In this document: one piece after another, positions 28,737-38,567 of the stretch | Layout: every line of letters begins with the position of its first letter | Numbering within the stretch: the stretch's first letter is position 1 | Program-made: the position numbers and the translations under genes | Notes under the pieces: generated by a model | What the model saw: the letters and a program-made list of their open reading frames with translations, nothing else | Database searches by the model: none | What the model was told of the DNA's origin: nothing | Source: Nanobdellota archaeon | GTDB taxonomy: Archaea; Nanobdellota; Nanobdellia; Woesearchaeales; WJKV01 | Length of the DNA stretch: 64,000 nt | Assembly: GCA_023133595.1 (NCBI GenBank) | Contig: JAGLWF010000001.1 | Location: 33,693-97,692, forward strand | Direction: 5' to 3'

Positions 28737-30119
28737 CTATTTCTTCTTTTTCAGTTTTGTCCCGCATTTAACGCAGAAACGTTCGTGTGCAAAGATCTCT
28801 GCTTTGCATTTAGGGCATTTGCCTTCTCCGCCAATATCCTCAATCTCTGTTCCTTTCTTTTTCTTTGTCTTCTCTACTTTTTCCTTCTTTGCTTCCTTTA
28901 TTTTCTTTGACTTTTTCAGAAGCTTCAGTTTCTTGAAAAAAGAGAAATCAAAACGTTTTCTTTTCTTCATAACGACAAAAATAAAGTAAATCGCTCCGAA
29001 GAATATCAAAATTACCACTACAGTGATGATAATCAACTTCATAGGCGCTTTTGTGGTTGTTGCATCAACCTTGATCTCTTTAGGGGTTAAGCCTTCTTCT
29101 TCTGTTATCTTGCTCAGATAATCGTTATGATTGTCACGCAAAGCTTTCAGATCAAGGTCAGAAGTGAACCATTCTTCTTCATCTGCCTCGCGCATATCTT
29201 TTAATTTCCATTCTCCGTCCTCTTTTACTAATTTGAACTGGTGGGATTTTTCATCTACAACTGCATTCACAATAGCATTTCCATCTGTCATCTCGTCAAG
29301 TTCAGCAGAGATGCTTTCAAACTGGAATTTTGGAAGAAGTTCATTCTCTTTATCTATACCCAGCATATCTATTGATTTCTGGAATTCTCGCTCAAAACGC
29401 TTGAATTCATCATAATATGCCTTGAAGTCTCCTGTTGTGATATCAACAAGAGCCACAAAATCATTCTCCTGCAATAGTCTGAAATATTCTTCTGCCCTCT
29501 CTTCTACTGTGGTGATATCTCCCTCGCAGAAGCCGCAATCCTTGCTGCATGTTTCGCAGGTCTCTTCTGCATTGCATTCATCATCTCCGCACCAGTCACA
29601 ATCCTCTGCGCAGTATCCGCTCTCTCCTTCTTCGCATACCCCATCTCCGCAAGTTGGTCTATATATCTCGACAAGAATATCAAACTTTCCAGCTCCGCCT
29701 GTTGCTTTTCTGATCTCATCTTTTGAGTTTACTGCAAAAAACATAAAACCTGGTTCACTAGGTGTTGCCTGGTTTTCTTCTCCTATGAGAAAGCAATTCC
29801 CATATTTTCCTATCTTTGCAATCAAACTATACGCCGGAAGATCCGGACAATTGAAACCTTCTCCTGCTCCTTCCTCTCCAAGTCCTGCTGGACCGATCAA
29901 TGGAGACTCTTTTGTCGGCTTGACAAAACCAGAACCTGTAAATCTCACAACTTCCCCGACATCAATATAGGAAAGCGTGTTTGTCCAATTGCTTCTCACA
30001 GGCATAGAATATTTAAATTTCTCGTACGCTGGCTTCTCACTACCAATCGCAGATGCTGCATAGATAGAAAATGATAGTACAAATATAAAAACAATAATGG
30101 TCGCAATTCCTCTTTTCAT
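28737..30119 (-). CDS. Single-pass membrane protein with a secreted beta-rich N-terminal domain, an acidic Cys-rich segment, and a cytoplasmic Lys-rich tail ending in a zinc ribbon
   Basis: Signal peptide MKRGIATIIVFIFVLSFSIYAASA. Cys cluster CGDGVCEEGESGYCAEDCDWCGDDEC. TM segment LIIITVVVILIFFGAIYFIFVV. C-terminal CPKCKAEI...CVKCG. Confidence 0.55.
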   Translation of the reverse strand: MKRGIATIIVFIFVLSFSIYAASAIGSEKPAYEKFKYSMPVRSNWTNTLSYIDVGEVVRFTGSGFVKPTKESPLIGPAGLGEEGAGEGFNCPDLPAYSLIAKIGKYGNCFLIGEENQATPSEPGFMFFAVNSKDEIRKATGGAGKFDILVEIYRPTCGDGVCEEGESGYCAEDCDWCGDDECNAEETCETCSKDCGFCEGDITTVEERAEEYFRLLQENDFVALVDITTGDFKAYYDEFKRFEREFQKSIDMLGIDKENELLPKFQFESISAELDEMTDGNAIVNAVVDEKSHQFKLVKEDGEWKLKDMREADEEEWFTSDLDLKALRDNHNDYLSKITEEEGLTPKEIKVDATTTKAPMKLIIITVVVILIFFGAIYFIFVVMKKRKRFDFSFFKKLKLLKKSKKIKEAKKEKVEKTKKKKGTEIEDIGGEGKCPKCKAEIFAHERFCVKCGTKLKKKK

Positions 30120-30202
30120 AAAAGACTTGGAGGGATTCTAGTATATAAAGGTTTTTGAAAATAAAAAAGATTTAATAAGAACCATGCCTACCTGATTAGC
30201 TA

Positions 30203-30886
30203 ATGGGTAAAAAGAAAAAGATCAAAACAAAAACAAGTAAAAAGAGAAAAAGGAAATTTGAACGCCCTGCCTGGGTGCTTGCGGCAATTATATTTGCATC
30301 TGTCCTTCTGATCACACCATTTGAATTAATGCTTTATTTCAGACCACTATATCAGATACAGTTCGACAGTCTAGGTGTATATGATAAGCTTGGAAAGGAA
30401 AAAGCTGATTCAATGCTTTGGGATGTTCTTGAATTTATGGATGGACAAACAGATAGAATAGAAGATTTTTCAGACAAAGAGATCCTGCATATGATAGATG
30501 TACGAGATATCCTCGAAAAAATAATATGGATCTTCTTTCTCTTTAAGATATTTCAAATATTCTTATGGTTCTATCTCACCAGTATGAATAAGATAATGTC
30601 CTCTGTTTATTATGCAGGACTGATTGGAGTTTGTGTGATCGGAATCTTCTTGATCCTCTCCACTTGCTGTTTTAATTTCATGTTCAGTGGATTTCACGAG
30701 ATTTTCTTTTCGCAGGGAAATTATACATTTGATCCAGATTTCTCTTTGATGAAGACAATGTTTCCTGACAAGTTCTTCAGGAACTTTGCAATCATAAACG
30801 CTATCTTTTCTCTACTTATATCTCTTGGTGCAATGCTTGTCGGACATCTATATTTTAAGTACGTGGCCGTATCTACTCGAAAATAG
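30203..30886 (+). CDS. Integral membrane protein with a Lys-rich N-terminus
   Basis: 227 aa with 4 hydrophobic segments. N-terminus MGKKKKIKTKTSKKRKRK. Confidence 0.5.
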   Translation: MGKKKKIKTKTSKKRKRKFERPAWVLAAIIFASVLLITPFELMLYFRPLYQIQFDSLGVYDKLGKEKADSMLWDVLEFMDGQTDRIEDFSDKEILHMIDVRDILEKIIWIFFLFKIFQIFLWFYLTSMNKIMSSVYYAGLIGVCVIGIFLILSTCCFNFMFSGFHEIFFSQGNYTFDPDFSLMKTMFPDKFFRNFAIINAIFSLLISLGAMLVGHLYFKYVAVSTRK

Positions 30887-30910
30887 AAAAATATATATAC
30901 CCAGCTCGAT

Positions 30911-31555
30911 TTGTCAGAAAACATGATAGGTGTGTTTAGAAAATTAATAAATAAAGTATTCAAGAATCTGTTTAAAAGAAAAAAGCATCTCCGGATTGGA
31001 ATCTACGGTCCGCCAAACGCTGGAAAAACAACACTGGCGAACAAGATATGCAAGGATTGGCTCGGTGAAGAGATGGGTTCTACTTCTAGTATGCCGCACG
31101 AGACGCGCGAAATACAAATCAAAGAGCAGATCAACATCCAGAGCAATGGAAAAGAACTGAGTTTCAATCTTGTGGACACTCCTGGAATTGCAACAAAGAT
31201 AGATTACGAGGATTTTATGAAGAAAGGTTTAAATAAGAAGAAGGCTAAACTAAGAGCTAAAGAAGCTACAAAAGGCGTGATAGATGCGATCAAGTGGCTT
31301 GACGATATGGATACTGTTGTCGTAGTATTGGACTCGACCATTGATCCATATTCACAGGTTAATATCACAATTGTCGGTAATTTGCAGGCAAGGGATATCC
31401 CGGTTCTTATTGTAGCTAACAAGATTGATTTGAAGCGAAGCAATGTGAAGAAACTAGAAGCAGCCTTCCCTCAATATGATATTGTCGGAATAAGCGCACA
31501 GTACGGAAACAACATTGACAAGTTTTATAACGCATTGCTTACAACAGCTGAATAA
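30911..31555 (+). CDS. Small P-loop GTPase (G1 GPPNAGKTT, G3 DTPG, G4 NKID)
   Basis: Motifs read directly from the sequence. 214 aa. Confidence 0.7.
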   Translation: MSENMIGVFRKLINKVFKNLFKRKKHLRIGIYGPPNAGKTTLANKICKDWLGEEMGSTSSMPHETREIQIKEQINIQSNGKELSFNLVDTPGIATKIDYEDFMKKGLNKKKAKLRAKEATKGVIDAIKWLDDMDTVVVVLDSTIDPYSQVNITIVGNLQARDIPVLIVANKIDLKRSNVKKLEAAFPQYDIVGISAQYGNNIDKFYNALLTTAE

Positions 31556-31568
31556 AAAGAGGATAAAA

Positions 31569-31967
31569 ATGTTAACTCTACAATACGTCCCATTTGCAGA
31601 GATTGCTGGTCTGGATTCTGACGCGCGAATTAAGAAATTACTGAAACTGGCAAAGGATGAAAAGATTGTCCTTCTTGAGGGAAAACTGAAAAAAGAAGAA
31701 GAAACATATCTTATCCAAAAAACAATGGAAGCGATCGATGAATCATTTAAAGGAATCGAGATCGCATCGATCAATCCAAATGTCAAAGGACAAAAACCAT
31801 ATCATCTGATCAAGAATACTGTGATAAACCTGTTTCTCAGAGAGAGGACAGGAATAACAATCATCGGTCCTGCGACAATTATCAAACAAATAAAACGGGA
31901 TCCTGAAAAGATCCAGCTTCTGACAAAAAAAGCAAGGAAAAGAAGCAAACGAAAAAAGAAACAATAA
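31569..31967 (+). CDS. Small conserved-hypothetical protein (possibly DUF2073-like) with a basic tail, downstream of the GTPase
   Basis: Start moved to the ATG after AGAGGA. C-terminal KKARKRSKRKKKQ. Confidence 0.4.
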   Translation: MLTLQYVPFAEIAGLDSDARIKKLLKLAKDEKIVLLEGKLKKEEETYLIQKTMEAIDESFKGIEIASINPNVKGQKPYHLIKNTVINLFLRERTGITIIGPATIIKQIKRDPEKIQLLTKKARKRSKRKKKQ

Positions 31968-31976
31968 AAGGTAAAA

Positions 31977-32372
31977 ATGCCGCACCAATGCGTAAGATGC
32001 AATACATTATATGATGATGGAGCAAACGAGCTCCTTGCAGGCTGCAGTTGCGGTGCAAAACTTTTCTTCTACGTGCGCAAGGATAATATTTCTACAATCA
32101 AAAAGACAACAGAGAGGCTGACAAAAAAAGAGATCAAACGAATAGAACAGGATGTTCGTGAGATGGTCGGCACAGATGGCGGAGAATCCCCAGTGATCCT
32201 TGATTTTGAATCGATCCGGATCCCAAAACAAGGCCAGTACCATCTTGATCTAGTGCATCTTTTCAAGGGAGAACCGCTTGTCTATCGTCTTGAAGATGGC
32301 AAGTATATAATAGATATCCCTAGTTCTTTCCAGATGGCTAAGCACAAGCAAAAGGACACAAAAAAAGAATAG
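31977..32372 (+). CDS. Zn-ribbon-containing small protein (DUF2072-like)
   Basis: N-terminal CVRCN...CSCG zinc ribbon. 131 aa. Confidence 0.45.
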   Translation: MPHQCVRCNTLYDDGANELLAGCSCGAKLFFYVRKDNISTIKKTTERLTKKEIKRIEQDVREMVGTDGGESPVILDFESIRIPKQGQYHLDLVHLFKGEPLVYRLEDGKYIIDIPSSFQMAKHKQKDTKKE

Positions 32373-32450
32373 GGGCTTGTTCTACAGTTTAAAAATCACC
32401 ACCAAAACACTTATAAATTGGATTAGAATTTTCAAGTTGGGTGATTTATT

Positions 32451-32897
32451 ATGAGCATAATTGGTTTTAGTTTTGCAAAAATCAACGCTGAAAAAAATGA
32501 AGGCGTGAAAGGACGTATAAATATTAAGAATAATATCACAGTCAAGAATGTTTCTGCGCATGCTCTTGCTTTTGGTGGCAAAGACAATAAAGGTCTAAGG
32601 ATAGATTTTGAGTATGAATCTGTTTACGAACCAAAATTAGGAAAAATCGTCATCGAATCAAATATAATGTCGATGCTTCCAGAAAAAGAAGTTGACAAGA
32701 TAAACTCTGAATGGAAGAAATCAAAAGTTCTTCCAGATGAACTGATGAGATCAATGTTCGGATTCGTTATGAGAAAATGTAGCATAAAGGCTCTGAATCT
32801 TGCAGAAGACCTTAATTTGCCGAGTCCGGTCCCAATGCCGCGTGTAGCGAGCGGACCAGGCCCAGAACCTCAAAAAGAAACCGCCAAGAAGGCGTAA
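32451..32897 (+). CDS. Hypothetical protein
   Basis: 148-aa ORF. No motif recognised. Confidence 0.4.
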   Translation: MSIIGFSFAKINAEKNEGVKGRINIKNNITVKNVSAHALAFGGKDNKGLRIDFEYESVYEPKLGKIVIESNIMSMLPEKEVDKINSEWKKSKVLPDELMRSMFGFVMRKCSIKALNLAEDLNLPSPVPMPRVASGPGPEPQKETAKKA

Positions 32898-32963
32898 GTT
32901 TTAAATAAGGTTCTCTTCTGAATCTCTTGATTTTACATATAATTTAATAGATTATATACAAAA

Positions 32964-35273
32964 ATGGCAGACGAGAAGCAAAAAAAAGAGATAAAGCTGA
33001 AAGTTACTGAAGCTGTACAGGATGATGTAAATAAAGGTATAGTCAGAATTGATTCTAATTTTATGCAGCAGATTGATGTCAAGCCAGGGGATATTGTAGA
33101 GATAGAAGGCGGAAGAAAGGCTGCAGGCATTGTTGGAAGGGCATATCCAGGGGACATTGGCTTCAATATTATCAGGACAGATTCTCTTATCAGGAGAAAT
33201 GCAAAGACTGGTATTGGCGAGATGGTCACTATCAGAAAAGCAGATGTTCTGGAAGCACAGAAGATTACAATCGCACCTGCGCGAAAAGATGTACGGATAA
33301 GTGCTTCGCCTGTTGTTTTCAAGCGCGGACTTTTAGGTCGTGTTGTTCGAAGAGGAGATCTTGTATCATTAGGCGGTGCAATCAACAGAAAGACAACAAT
33401 GGCTGATAATCCTTATTTTGATGATATATTTTCAAGCATGTTTGATGATAACTTTGGATTCGGAGGGTTTGCTCTGGGAAGTATCAAGTTCATGGTCACA
33501 GATGTAAAACCATCAAAAGCTTTTCTGATTGTCACTGAGAATACAGAGATCGATTTCAGACCAGAAGCAGTTGAGATCGGAGATGATGATGAAGAAAAGA
33601 CAATCGAGATTGCATACGAAGACATTGGCGGACTTGATGAAGAAATCAAAAAGATACGAGAGATGGTAGAACTGCCATTAAAACATCCAGAAATTTTCCA
33701 GAGATTAGGAATCGAACCGCCGAAAGGAGTCTTGCTCCATGGTCCTCCTGGAACTGGAAAGACTTTGCTGGCTAAAGCTGTTGCGAACGAGACAAACAGC
33801 AACTTCATATTGATCAATGGTCCAGAGATCATGGGAAAATTCTACGGACAAAGTGAAGAAAACCTAAGAAAGAAGTTTGCAGACGCAGACAAGCATGCAC
33901 CTTCGATCATATTCATTGACGAGATTGATGCGATCGCGCCAAAAAGAGAGGAAGTGCACGGAGAAGTGGAGAGAAGAGTTGTTGCTCAACTGCTCGCGTC
34001 TATGGACGGTCTGAAGAGCAGAGGCAAAGTTGTTGTCATTGCTGCAAGCAATATGCCAAATTCACTTGATCCTGCTTTGAGAAGGCCAGGAAGATTTGAT
34101 CGTGAGATCGAGATAGGTGTTCCAAAGGCAAGTGGAAGATTGAAGATTCTTAAGATTCATACACGAAACATGCCGCTCGATAAAAAAGTTGATCTTAAAA
34201 AGATAGCAGATATAACACACGGTTTTGTCGGAGCAGATCTGGCTGCGCTAGCTAAAGAAGCTGCAATGATTGTTCTTAGAGAAATATTGCCAGATCTAAA
34301 ATTAGATGAGGAAGAACCGATCCCAAGAGAAATTCTGGAAAAGATGACGATAAAACAAAGTGATTTCATTGACGCGCTTAAAGTTGTGCGTCCATCTGCA
34401 CTGAGAGAAGTACTGATCGAGATTCCAGATGTTTCATGGGATGATATTGGTGGACTGGATCATGTGAAGCAGGAACTGAAAGAAGCTGTTGAATGGCCTT
34501 TGAAATTTTCAGAATCATTCAGACGTCTCGGAATAAAACCGCCAAAAGGTGTTCTGATCTACGGTGCGCCTGGAACTGGAAAGACTTTGCTTGCAAAAGC
34601 AGTAGCTCACGAATCAGAAGCTAATTTCATACTAGTCAAAGGGCCTTCAATGTTATCCAAGTGGGTTGGAGAATCTGAAAAGGGTGTACGAAAAATATTC
34701 GACAAAGCCAGACAGTCAGCACCATGCATCATATTCTTTGACGAGATTGACAGTATTGCCCCAAAACGCGGTCAGAGCAGTGATAGCCAAGTAACTGAAA
34801 GAGTTGTCAACACATTGTTGACAGAGATGGATGGACTAGAAGAATTACATGATATTGTTATCATAGCAGCGACAAACAGACCAGACATCCTAGATACTGC
34901 ACTATTACGGCCTGGAAGATTCGACAGGATCATAATGGCAGATGTCCCAGATCTTGAGACACGAGAAAATATCTTTGCAGTGCATACAAAAAGTATGCCT
35001 CTAAAGGTTGTGGATATTAAGGAATTGGCAAAAAATACAGAAGGCTATGTTGGAGCTGATATTGAAGCAGTCTGCAGAGAAGCTGCAATGCTTGCTTTGC
35101 GTGAGGATATAAAAGCAACAAAAGTCACAAAGAAACATTTTGAAGAAGCCATTCAAAAAGTCAATCCAAGTGCAACAAAAGATATCCAAGCAGCGTATTC
35201 CAAGATGATGAATAAGTTTAAGCAAGCTACTGCAAAAGAAATGCAGGAAGAAAAACCTAGTTATTTAGGATAA
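32964..35273 (+). CDS. cdc48: Cdc48/VCP/p97-like AAA+ ATPase with two AAA domains
   Basis: N-domain followed by two Walker A sites ([13 protein letters not shown] and [13 protein letters not shown]), Walker B DEID, and SRH regions. Confidence 0.9.
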   Translation: MADEKQKKEIKLKVTEAVQDDVNKGIVRIDSNFMQQIDVKPGDIVEIEGGRKAAGIVGRAYPGDIGFNIIRTDSLIRRNAKTGIGEMVTIRKADVLEAQKITIAPARKDVRISASPVVFKRGLLGRVVRRGDLVSLGGAINRKTTMADNPYFDDIFSSMFDDNFGFGGFALGSIKFMVTDVKPSKAFLIVTENTEIDFRPEAVEIGDDDEEKTIEIAYEDIGGLDEEIKKIREMVELPLKHPEIFQRLGIEPPKGVLLHGPPGTGKTLLAKAVANETNSNFILINGPEIMGKFYGQSEENLRKKFADADKHAPSIIFIDEIDAIAPKREEVHGEVERRVVAQLLASMDGLKSRGKVVVIAASNMPNSLDPALRRPGRFDREIEIGVPKASGRLKILKIHTRNMPLDKKVDLKKIADITHGFVGADLAALAKEAAMIVLREILPDLKLDEEEPIPREILEKMTIKQSDFIDALKVVRPSALREVLIEIPDVSWDDIGGLDHVKQELKEAVEWPLKFSESFRRLGIKPPKGVLIYGAPGTGKTLLAKAVAHESEANFILVKGPSMLSKWVGESEKGVRKIFDKARQSAPCIIFFDEIDSIAPKRGQSSDSQVTERVVNTLLTEMDGLEELHDIVIIAATNRPDILDTALLRPGRFDRIIMADVPDLETRENIFAVHTKSMPLKVVDIKELAKNTEGYVGADIEAVCREAAMLALREDIKATKVTKKHFEEAIQKVNPSATKDIQAAYSKMMNKFKQATAKEMQEEKPSYLG

Positions 35274-35283
35274 ATCCTTATCG

Positions 35284-35388
35284 TACATGCATAGCACGCT
35301 CCACTAGATCAATAATATGAGTTAGAAGACGAGTCTAGGGAACTAGCCTGTTTGATCTGAAAGCTACGCTTGGTGCTATGCACATACT
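35284..35388 (+). repeat. ~105-nt element with 15-nt imperfect terminal inverted repeats (GTACATGCATAGCAC ... GTGCTATGCACATAC) and a central agaagacgagtcta motif; copy A
   Basis: A second, inverted copy lies at 42267-42368 with conserved ends and a similar length. Both copies end 43-44 nt upstream of an ATG, with a TATA box in between. Confidence 0.6.
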
Positions 35389-35431
35389 TCCTATCAAAAG
35401 GTTTATATATCGATTTGCTCTTTTTCTTTTC

Positions 35432-36754
35432 ATGATTGCAAAGATAGGTGATAAAGTCCGGATCAAAACAAAAGACCGGGAGATTCTTGGAGTTGTGATG
35501 CCTAACGAGACAGATACCTTAGTGCTAAAGCTTGATAGCGGGTATAATGTTGGAATCGACAAAAGAAAGATCAAGAAAACTGAGATTGTTGAAAAATACA
35601 ATCCTGGAAAAGAGGGGCCGCTAAAAACCAAGAAACCAAAGAAAGATCTGCCTGAGATTGCGATTCTCCATACTGGAGGAACCATTGCTTCTAAAGTTGA
35701 TTATAGGACTGGAGGTGTTGTTTCAAAGTTCACACCAGCAGAAATCCTGAAGATGTTCCCTGAATTGAAAGATATTGCAAATATTTCTTCAAAACTTTTG
35801 TTCAATATCTGGACAGAAGATATGCGTTTTGCAAATATCAAAAAAATAGCACAAGCAATCATGGACGAAGCAACAGATATTGTAGAAGGAAGAAGTGGAG
35901 TCAAGGGAGTTATTTTAACATTAGGGACTGATATACTGCCTATTGTTTCTGCTGCTCTTGCTTTCATGCTACAAAAATTACCAATTCCAGTAATACTTGT
36001 CGGTGCACAACGTTCTTCAGATAGGGGAAGTAGTGATGCTGCAATGAATCTTGTATGTGCAGCTGAATTCATTAAACAATCTGACTACAAAGGGATTGCA
36101 ATCTGTATGCACGCTTCATCTGACGATAAAGGATGTCATATTCTGCATCCCTGCAAAACAAGAAAGATGCATACCTCAAGAAGGGATGCTTTCAGGCCGA
36201 TCAATTGCAAGCCAATAGCAAAAATTGATTATCATACGCGAAAAATAGTATACCTTCAGGGATTTGATGTATATGACCCTGCGATATCTGAAAAATTAGC
36301 ACTAGAAGAAAAAGTTGGGCTGGTAAAGACCTATCCAAACATGTTTCCAGGACTAATTGACGCTTTCAAAGGCTTCAAAGGTCTTGTGATAGAAGGCACT
36401 GGTCTGGGCCATATGCCTGCTGCTTCTCAAAATAAAGAGAATAAATTGAACATTAAAATATTTGATGCTATAAAACGTCTAATCAAGAGTGGTTGTGTTG
36501 TTGTGATGACAAGTCAATGCGTCTATGGTGGAGTTCAGATGCATGTATACTCCAAAGGCATTGATCTGGTGAACGCAGGAATAATTCCAGCAAAGATGCT
36601 TCCAGAGACTGCATATATCAAACTTGCATGGTTATTAGGCAATTATTGCAAGAAAGGTGCAAAGAAAGATATTGAGAATGTCAAGAGGATGATGCAGCAA
36701 AACCTCGTCGGTGAAATGTTCGAAGTTATTGAGAAAGACACTTTTCTGATTTAA
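35432..36754 (+). CDS. gatD: Glu-tRNA(Gln) amidotransferase subunit D (asparaginase-like)
   Basis: Start moved to MIAKIGDKVRI. The ORF-track ATG lies inside the repeat element. Asparaginase motifs ILHTGGTIAS and GVILTLGTDIL. Confidence 0.8.
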   Translation: MIAKIGDKVRIKTKDREILGVVMPNETDTLVLKLDSGYNVGIDKRKIKKTEIVEKYNPGKEGPLKTKKPKKDLPEIAILHTGGTIASKVDYRTGGVVSKFTPAEILKMFPELKDIANISSKLLFNIWTEDMRFANIKKIAQAIMDEATDIVEGRSGVKGVILTLGTDILPIVSAALAFMLQKLPIPVILVGAQRSSDRGSSDAAMNLVCAAEFIKQSDYKGIAICMHASSDDKGCHILHPCKTRKMHTSRRDAFRPINCKPIAKIDYHTRKIVYLQGFDVYDPAISEKLALEEKVGLVKTYPNMFPGLIDAFKGFKGLVIEGTGLGHMPAASQNKENKLNIKIFDAIKRLIKSGCVVVMTSQCVYGGVQMHVYSKGIDLVNAGIIPAKMLPETAYIKLAWLLGNYCKKGAKKDIENVKRMMQQNLVGEMFEVIEKDTFLI

Positions 36755-36824
36755 TTTCTTGTTTTGAATATTATTACTTCTTATCTATATTGGATGATAG
36801 AAAATGAAAGAATTCTTGTTGTAA

Positions 36825-36862
36825 GTTTGCCCCTTTGCGGGGCAGACTTAAAGATTTTTTTA
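36825..36862 (+). terminator. Hairpin (GUUUGCCCC-UUUGC-GGGGCAGAC) followed by a T7 tract
   Basis: 9-bp stem with one G-U pair, about 70 nt after the gatD stop, then ttaaagatttttttag. Confidence 0.5.
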
Positions 36863-37105
36863 GCGTCTCTATTTATCTTTTCTTTTTCTTCTTTTTCTTT
36901 TTGGTTGCTTTCTTTTTCTTTGCCATAACTATCACCTCAATTTGTATTTAAATATGTATAATTATATTTAAATGTTTCGAAAATTCGTATATGATTTCTA
37001 AAAACTATTAATCGTTTTGATTTTTTTCAGGATCAGAGCGAAAAAATCCGAAAACCAGAAGAAATTATCAAAATCTATATAAACAAGCAAATCTCATTGA
37101 AGATT

Positions 37106-38536
37106 ATGAAACGTGATTACAAAAAATTAGGGTTCAAGAGCGGACTTGAAGTGCATCAACAACTAGAAACTCATAAATTATTCTGCAATTGCCCGTCGCT
37201 GGTGCGCGGCAAAAAGAAGGATGTCAAGGTTGAAAGGCAACTGCGTGCAGTTGCTGGAGAAATGGGCAAAATCGATATTGCTGCAGCGTATGAGATGGAG
37301 AAAGGAAAAAAATTCATCTATGTTGGAGATTCTGATGATGTCTGTCTTGTTGAATTAGATGAAGAACCGCCGCATCCAATCAACCAAGAAGCACTGCAGA
37401 TCGCGCTTCAGATCGCAAAGATGATGAATGCTACAATTGTTGATGAAATCCAGGTCATGCGAAAGGTTGTTGTTGACGGCTCTAATGTTTCTGGGTTCCA
37501 GAGAACTATGCTGATAGCTACAGATGGCTTTATCGAAACTTCCAAAGGAAAAGTACGGATTCCTGGAATTTATCTTGAAGAAGAGGCCTGTCAAAGGCTA
37601 GATGAGGATAAAACATCCATAACCTGGGGCCTTGATCGATTAGGGATCAGTCTAATGGAAATAGCAACAGATACAGACATCAAGGATGCAGAACATGCAA
37701 AAGAAACAGCAGAAAAGATCGGTATGATCATGCGATCGACAGGGAAAGCAAAGAGAGGGATAGGAACTATCAGGCAGGACGTGAACATGTCTATCAAAGG
37801 ACATCCGCGGGTTGAGATCAAGGGTTTCCAAGACCTGAAATCAATGCCGAAGATTATTGAGAATGAGATAAAACGCGAGCTAAAAGAGATGAAGAAGAAA
37901 AAGAAGCTGGAGCCACACGTAAGAAAGGCAAATGCTGATGGCACAACAGATTATCAGCGGCCAATGCCTGGTGCTAAGCGTATGTATCCTGAGACTGATA
38001 TTGCTCCGATCAAGCCAGAAGCAAAAGGAATCAAGAAAGTTGAATTAATCGCAGATAAGGCTGAAAAAATAAAAAAGCTGGGGCTTGGAAAAGATCTTGC
38101 GAATCTTATTGCAAAAGAAGGATTGACAGACAAAATATCTGTGTTTGCAAAGAAATTCAAGAATGTGAAACCTGCATTTATTGCAGAAACAATGCTTCCG
38201 ACAATGAAAGAATTAAAACGAAAGTTTAATGTCGCGATTGAAAATATCACTGACAAACATTTTGAAGCAATATTTGATGCTGTTGACAAAGGAAAGATTG
38301 CAAAAGATTCTGTAATCGAAGTCATGAAGCGCATTCCAAAAGAGAAAGATGTTGTGAAGATAATGAAAGATTACACCCAGATGTCTGAGAAAGATCTTGA
38401 GAAAGAACTAAAGAAGATCGCAGAAGAGATGAAAGGCGCTCCATTCGGCGCAGTAATGGGAAAAGCAATGGGCAAGTTCAAAGGCAAAGCATCAGGCCAA
38501 AAAATAAGCGAGATATTGAAGAAGCTGTTGAAATGA
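37106..38536 (+). CDS. gatE: Glu-tRNA(Gln) amidotransferase subunit E (short form)
   Basis: N-terminus MKRDYKKLGFKSGLEVHQQLETHKLFCNCP is GatE-type. Start moved from the TTG to the ATG. The YqeY-like tail is present. It is about 140 aa shorter than typical GatE. Confidence 0.7.
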   Translation: MKRDYKKLGFKSGLEVHQQLETHKLFCNCPSLVRGKKKDVKVERQLRAVAGEMGKIDIAAAYEMEKGKKFIYVGDSDDVCLVELDEEPPHPINQEALQIALQIAKMMNATIVDEIQVMRKVVVDGSNVSGFQRTMLIATDGFIETSKGKVRIPGIYLEEEACQRLDEDKTSITWGLDRLGISLMEIATDTDIKDAEHAKETAEKIGMIMRSTGKAKRGIGTIRQDVNMSIKGHPRVEIKGFQDLKSMPKIIENEIKRELKEMKKKKKLEPHVRKANADGTTDYQRPMPGAKRMYPETDIAPIKPEAKGIKKVELIADKAEKIKKLGLGKDLANLIAKEGLTDKISVFAKKFKNVKPAFIAETMLPTMKELKRKFNVAIENITDKHFEAIFDAVDKGKIAKDSVIEVMKRIPKEKDVVKIMKDYTQMSEKDLEKELKKIAEEMKGAPFGAVMGKAMGKFKGKASGQKISEILKKLLK

Positions 38537-38567
38537 AGATAAGAAAAGCAAAAAAAGAGGGTATAAG

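Noticed and set aside
35378-35431. ORF-track start of gatD at the ATGCACATAC codon
   Set aside because: That ATG is part of the 15-nt terminal repeat arm, which is also present without an ORF at 42466-42480. A TATA box lies between it and the next ATG (35432), and 35432 gives a GatD-like N-terminus (MIAKIGDKV).
36893-36935. Alternative reading of the poly-A/T stretch as a plus-strand promoter-only region
   Set aside because: The minus strand has an unusually good GAGGTGA RBS plus ATG and a matching TATA, identical to the KR-protein genes. Interpreted as a gene relic rather than a random AT tract.
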